This document shows positions 61,149-64,000 of a stretch of DNA of 64,000 bases, piece after piece. Position 1 is the first letter of the stretch; the number at the start of each line of letters is the position of its first letter. The DNA is from Dudresnaya verticillata (taxonomy: Eukaryota). The translations under genes were made by a program, and so were the position numbers. The notes beneath the pieces are model-generated. The model saw only the letters and a program-made list of their open reading frames with translations. It did no database searches and was not told the DNA's origin. The stretch spans positions 1,922,001 to 1,986,000 of the forward strand of contig OZ374558.1 in assembly GCA_977862235.1 (NCBI GenBank). Direction: 5' to 3'.

Positions 61149-62276
61149 CTACATACTACCGATAATGTCTTGGAGCACCCTGTAATCTTCGTCTTGAACG
61201 TCAGAAACACTCTCTAAGTACGTAAAGTATTCCTGTATGGCAGGAGGCACTGAGCTACACAGGCGAGTGATCGGGGTTCTGAGCTTCATCATTAAAATCT
61301 CATCTGCTTCGATATCCTGATCCCAAATTAATTTGCCTTGCAGCATGTGTAGAAGTACATATCCTAAGCTTTCAAATTCATCGGCTGGAGACTGAACGTG
61401 ATGGCAATGTGCAGCTATTGGGGCATATATCAACGTCCCGACGAACGGCACCTCAACCTGCTCAGCTTCTTGAAAGAAACATGATGTACCAAAATCGATT
61501 ACATGTATGTAGTTGAGGTTGTCTCGATCGAACACAATATTTGCAGGTTTAAGGTCGCGGTGAAGATAGCCAAGACCATGCAATTTTCGAAGGCGATGGA
61601 GCACCTGGATTCCGATACTAGCTGTGAGTTTGGCAGATAGGCGCCCTCCACTTACATCCATGAGAGATTCGATAGAGGGACCATGCAAGTTCATGACCAT
61701 AAAAGGATAGCCCGAATGACTTGCGAGATATCTGCAAGGTGGAAAATGTTCCGGATACCTCTCGTTCAATATTCTATAGAGTCCAAATTCCAAATTAACG
61801 AATGACGCATCCACTTCGAGTGGGTTATTTTCCACCTTGACTGCGGCAGTCTCATTTCGGTGCAAATCAAATGCCTCATAGACACCGCCGCATGCGCCGC
61901 TACCAATCTTCCTTTTCAGAGCCCACCGGCCAGCTAGAAGCTCGCCTTCGAATGCAGGCGCGCGCACTGGATGACTCAGCTCTTCTTCAGATTGCATTTT
62001 TTGTTGTCTCACCTGACCCGTGGCAGCGCCGGTAGGTAACTCGTATGCCTCTTTTGACAATCTAGCTTCCACAATATTCTTGCTTTCAATGACATGGTTT
62101 TTTTCAATCGGCTTCAAATCGCGGTTTTGATTTTCATGACGCTTGTCCCCGGAAACATTGATACCCCCAATCTTCAGGTCCTTCATTCTGACTGAGACGA
62201 AGATATTCTGGCCCGAGTTTCGTCCAGCTACAATGGTGCGAAGGGAAGTTTTTTGTTGAGAAAATGCTTGTCCCAT
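61149..62276 (-). CDS. CK1-like kinase, copy 4
   Basis: Translation identical to copy 1. Confidence 0.9.
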   Translation of the reverse strand: MGQAFSQQKTSLRTIVAGRNSGQNIFVSVRMKDLKIGGINVSGDKRHENQNRDLKPIEKNHVIESKNIVEARLSKEAYELPTGAATGQVRQQKMQSEEELSHPVRAPAFEGELLAGRWALKRKIGSGACGGVYEAFDLHRNETAAVKVENNPLEVDASFVNLEFGLYRILNERYPEHFPPCRYLASHSGYPFMVMNLHGPSIESLMDVSGGRLSAKLTASIGIQVLHRLRKLHGLGYLHRDLKPANIVFDRDNLNYIHVIDFGTSCFFQEAEQVEVPFVGTLIYAPIAAHCHHVQSPADEFESLGYVLLHMLQGKLIWDQDIEADEILMMKLRTPITRLCSSVPPAIQEYFTYLESVSDVQDEDYRVLQDIIGSM

Positions 62277-63223
62277 ATTTGCGTTCTGATTTGAATACTC
62301 TGTGGCTCGAATGCTGTTCCGAAACGTTGCGGAAGAAAGCTTTGATAAGCACTTATTGACGGGGTGTTCTTTGGAGAGCTTGTTTTTCTCAAGAAAGTTT
62401 ATGTATAAAATGAACTCTAGCGTCATTACGGCACGGCCCAAACCTTTTTTCCTTTTTTTCTATATTTGTGACAGCACTTGGGAATCACACCTACAGTGGC
62501 AATAAACTTTATTGGGAGCATGGTACCATCATTGCAGGCATCACAGAAGTCACGAAAAGATTACTCGGTCTTGGAACGCGTTTGCCACGTCACACACAAG
62601 CATCCAACAGTATACTCACAGAATATGTAGGATGTGCTCGACCTGGGTAGACAGCATTTAGCACATTATCGATAAAATGAAGTCGGCAGATAGTTAGACG
62701 TGAACACGAGCAGTTGTTCTTCAACGTAAATTCCGGAGTGTAACCCTTTCTTAATTGTGTCCATAAAGAGAAGGCCTTTTTTGTCAACTAATGTCCCACC
62801 CAAACGACAAGGGTTGCTGTAGCCGTTGTTCTATAATGAAGGATGACAAATACTTTCTTTACAGCAACAAGTTTCCCATGGCGGACATCTCGGCCATGTT
62901 TTCTACGACATGGGTTTATTCGCGCAGTTGCAGAACGCCTCCACGTCGTATCTTTATTACGGCATTTTAATGCAACAACCTTTTTGTTTCAGCGCTGTCG
63001 CACACTCAGCGCATTTTTTGTGCCGTCCTCCTATTCTATTGCCTACGATATTCGCAAGTAGCGTAGCCATATCCAACCGTTGTGAAAAAGAAGCCATGTC
63101 GAATTGCCGACTCCTTCCATTTTTAGTATTATTTTTAACGCAGTCGTACCTGATTCGTCCAGTCGCCTCATTCGCATCGCCGATTGGCCGTGCGCGATTT
63201 GATCCCAGATATTTTGTACAGAG

Positions 63224-64000
63224 AGAGAGAGACCTTTATTAAACAACAAGAGAGAAGCCCCTTAAGGGGGCTTAGGATTCAGAGCTACCATAAAGAGGCG
63301 GAGGAGCAAGCTTGCGGCGGTTGACACTCACCGCCACGCATTGGAGAACTAAAGAGAGTAAACGAGTAGTGAGGCGAAGTTTCTCCGTAGACGGAGAGGT
63401 CCCGCGCTTGCTGGCAATGAAATTAGCAATACGTTGGGCGCCAACTTCAAAGCCAGATCCAACACGGCCATAGACATCTACAACCATAGGATGGATAACC
63501 ATATCCAAACTAGCGCACACGCGGCGGTAATGAGAGCGTTTGACACGTTCGCGAGCTGCAATGGCTTGGCCAGCAACGCGACCAGTGGAACCATGAATAG
63601 AATGGGGACTGACGACCGAGACATCAAATCCATGGGGGTGAGGGGCAAAGCCACGATCATCAACGAAAATATCCATACGCAGTTGGTCACGTGGATCAAC
63701 AGTATTATTTTTAACGCAGTCGTACCTGATTCGCCCAGTCGCCTCATTCTCATCGCCGATTGGCCGTGCGCGATTTGATCCCAGATATTTTGTACAGAGA
63801 GAGAGAGACCTTTATTAAACAACAAGAGAGAAGCCCCTTAAGGGGGCTTAGGATTCAGAGCTACCATAAAGAGGCGGAGGAGCAAGCTTGCGGCGGTTGA
63901 CACTCACCGCCACGCATTGGAGAACTAAAGAGAGTAAACGAGTAGTGAGGCGAAGTTTCTCCGTAGACGGAGAGGTCCCGCGCTTGCTGGCAATGAAATT
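63224..64000 (-). mobile_element. Truncated RLE element, tandem copies (63224-63700 and 63800 to window end)
   Basis: Same arrangement as 18609-19661. Confidence 0.88.

Larger units (their letters stand above)
47120..64000. repeat. Segmental unit copies 3 and 4 (higher-order repeat of ~2505-19385 at +44615)
   Basis: 2517->47132 and 16534->61149. The 576-bp duplication seen in copy 2 recurs in copy 4. Confidence 0.95.

Overview
Repeat-dominated eukaryotic DNA with no prokaryotic operons, rRNA, tRNA or CRISPR. A red-algal or similar intron-poor host is a weak inference. The window is built from a ~14.0-kb unit present in near-identical copies at offsets 0, +14017 (+14593 after a 576-bp internal duplication), +44615 and +58632. 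Each unit carries an intact CK1-like kinase gene, a 5'-truncated RLE-type non-LTR retroelement fragment, a decayed three-finger C2H2 zinc-finger gene, LINE-like remnants, an orphan 296-369 aa ORF and two copies of a 1.16-kb module 'M'. The middle region (~28.3-47.1 kb) is a more diverged, reshuffled mosaic of the same modules with two large insertions: a 2.3-kb RT + CCHC + RLE non-LTR element (13-bp TSD) and a 5.8-kb chromodomain Gypsy LTR element (4-bp TSD). The most notable signal is a family of RLE retroelements sharing the 3' terminus ATAAAGGTCTC. It is seen as 2283-, 477- and 20-bp insertions flanked by 13-, 99- and 9-bp direct repeats. The two longer insertions also share a hairpin just after the stop codon, and the 99-bp repeat accounts for tandem amplification of the 477-bp insert.
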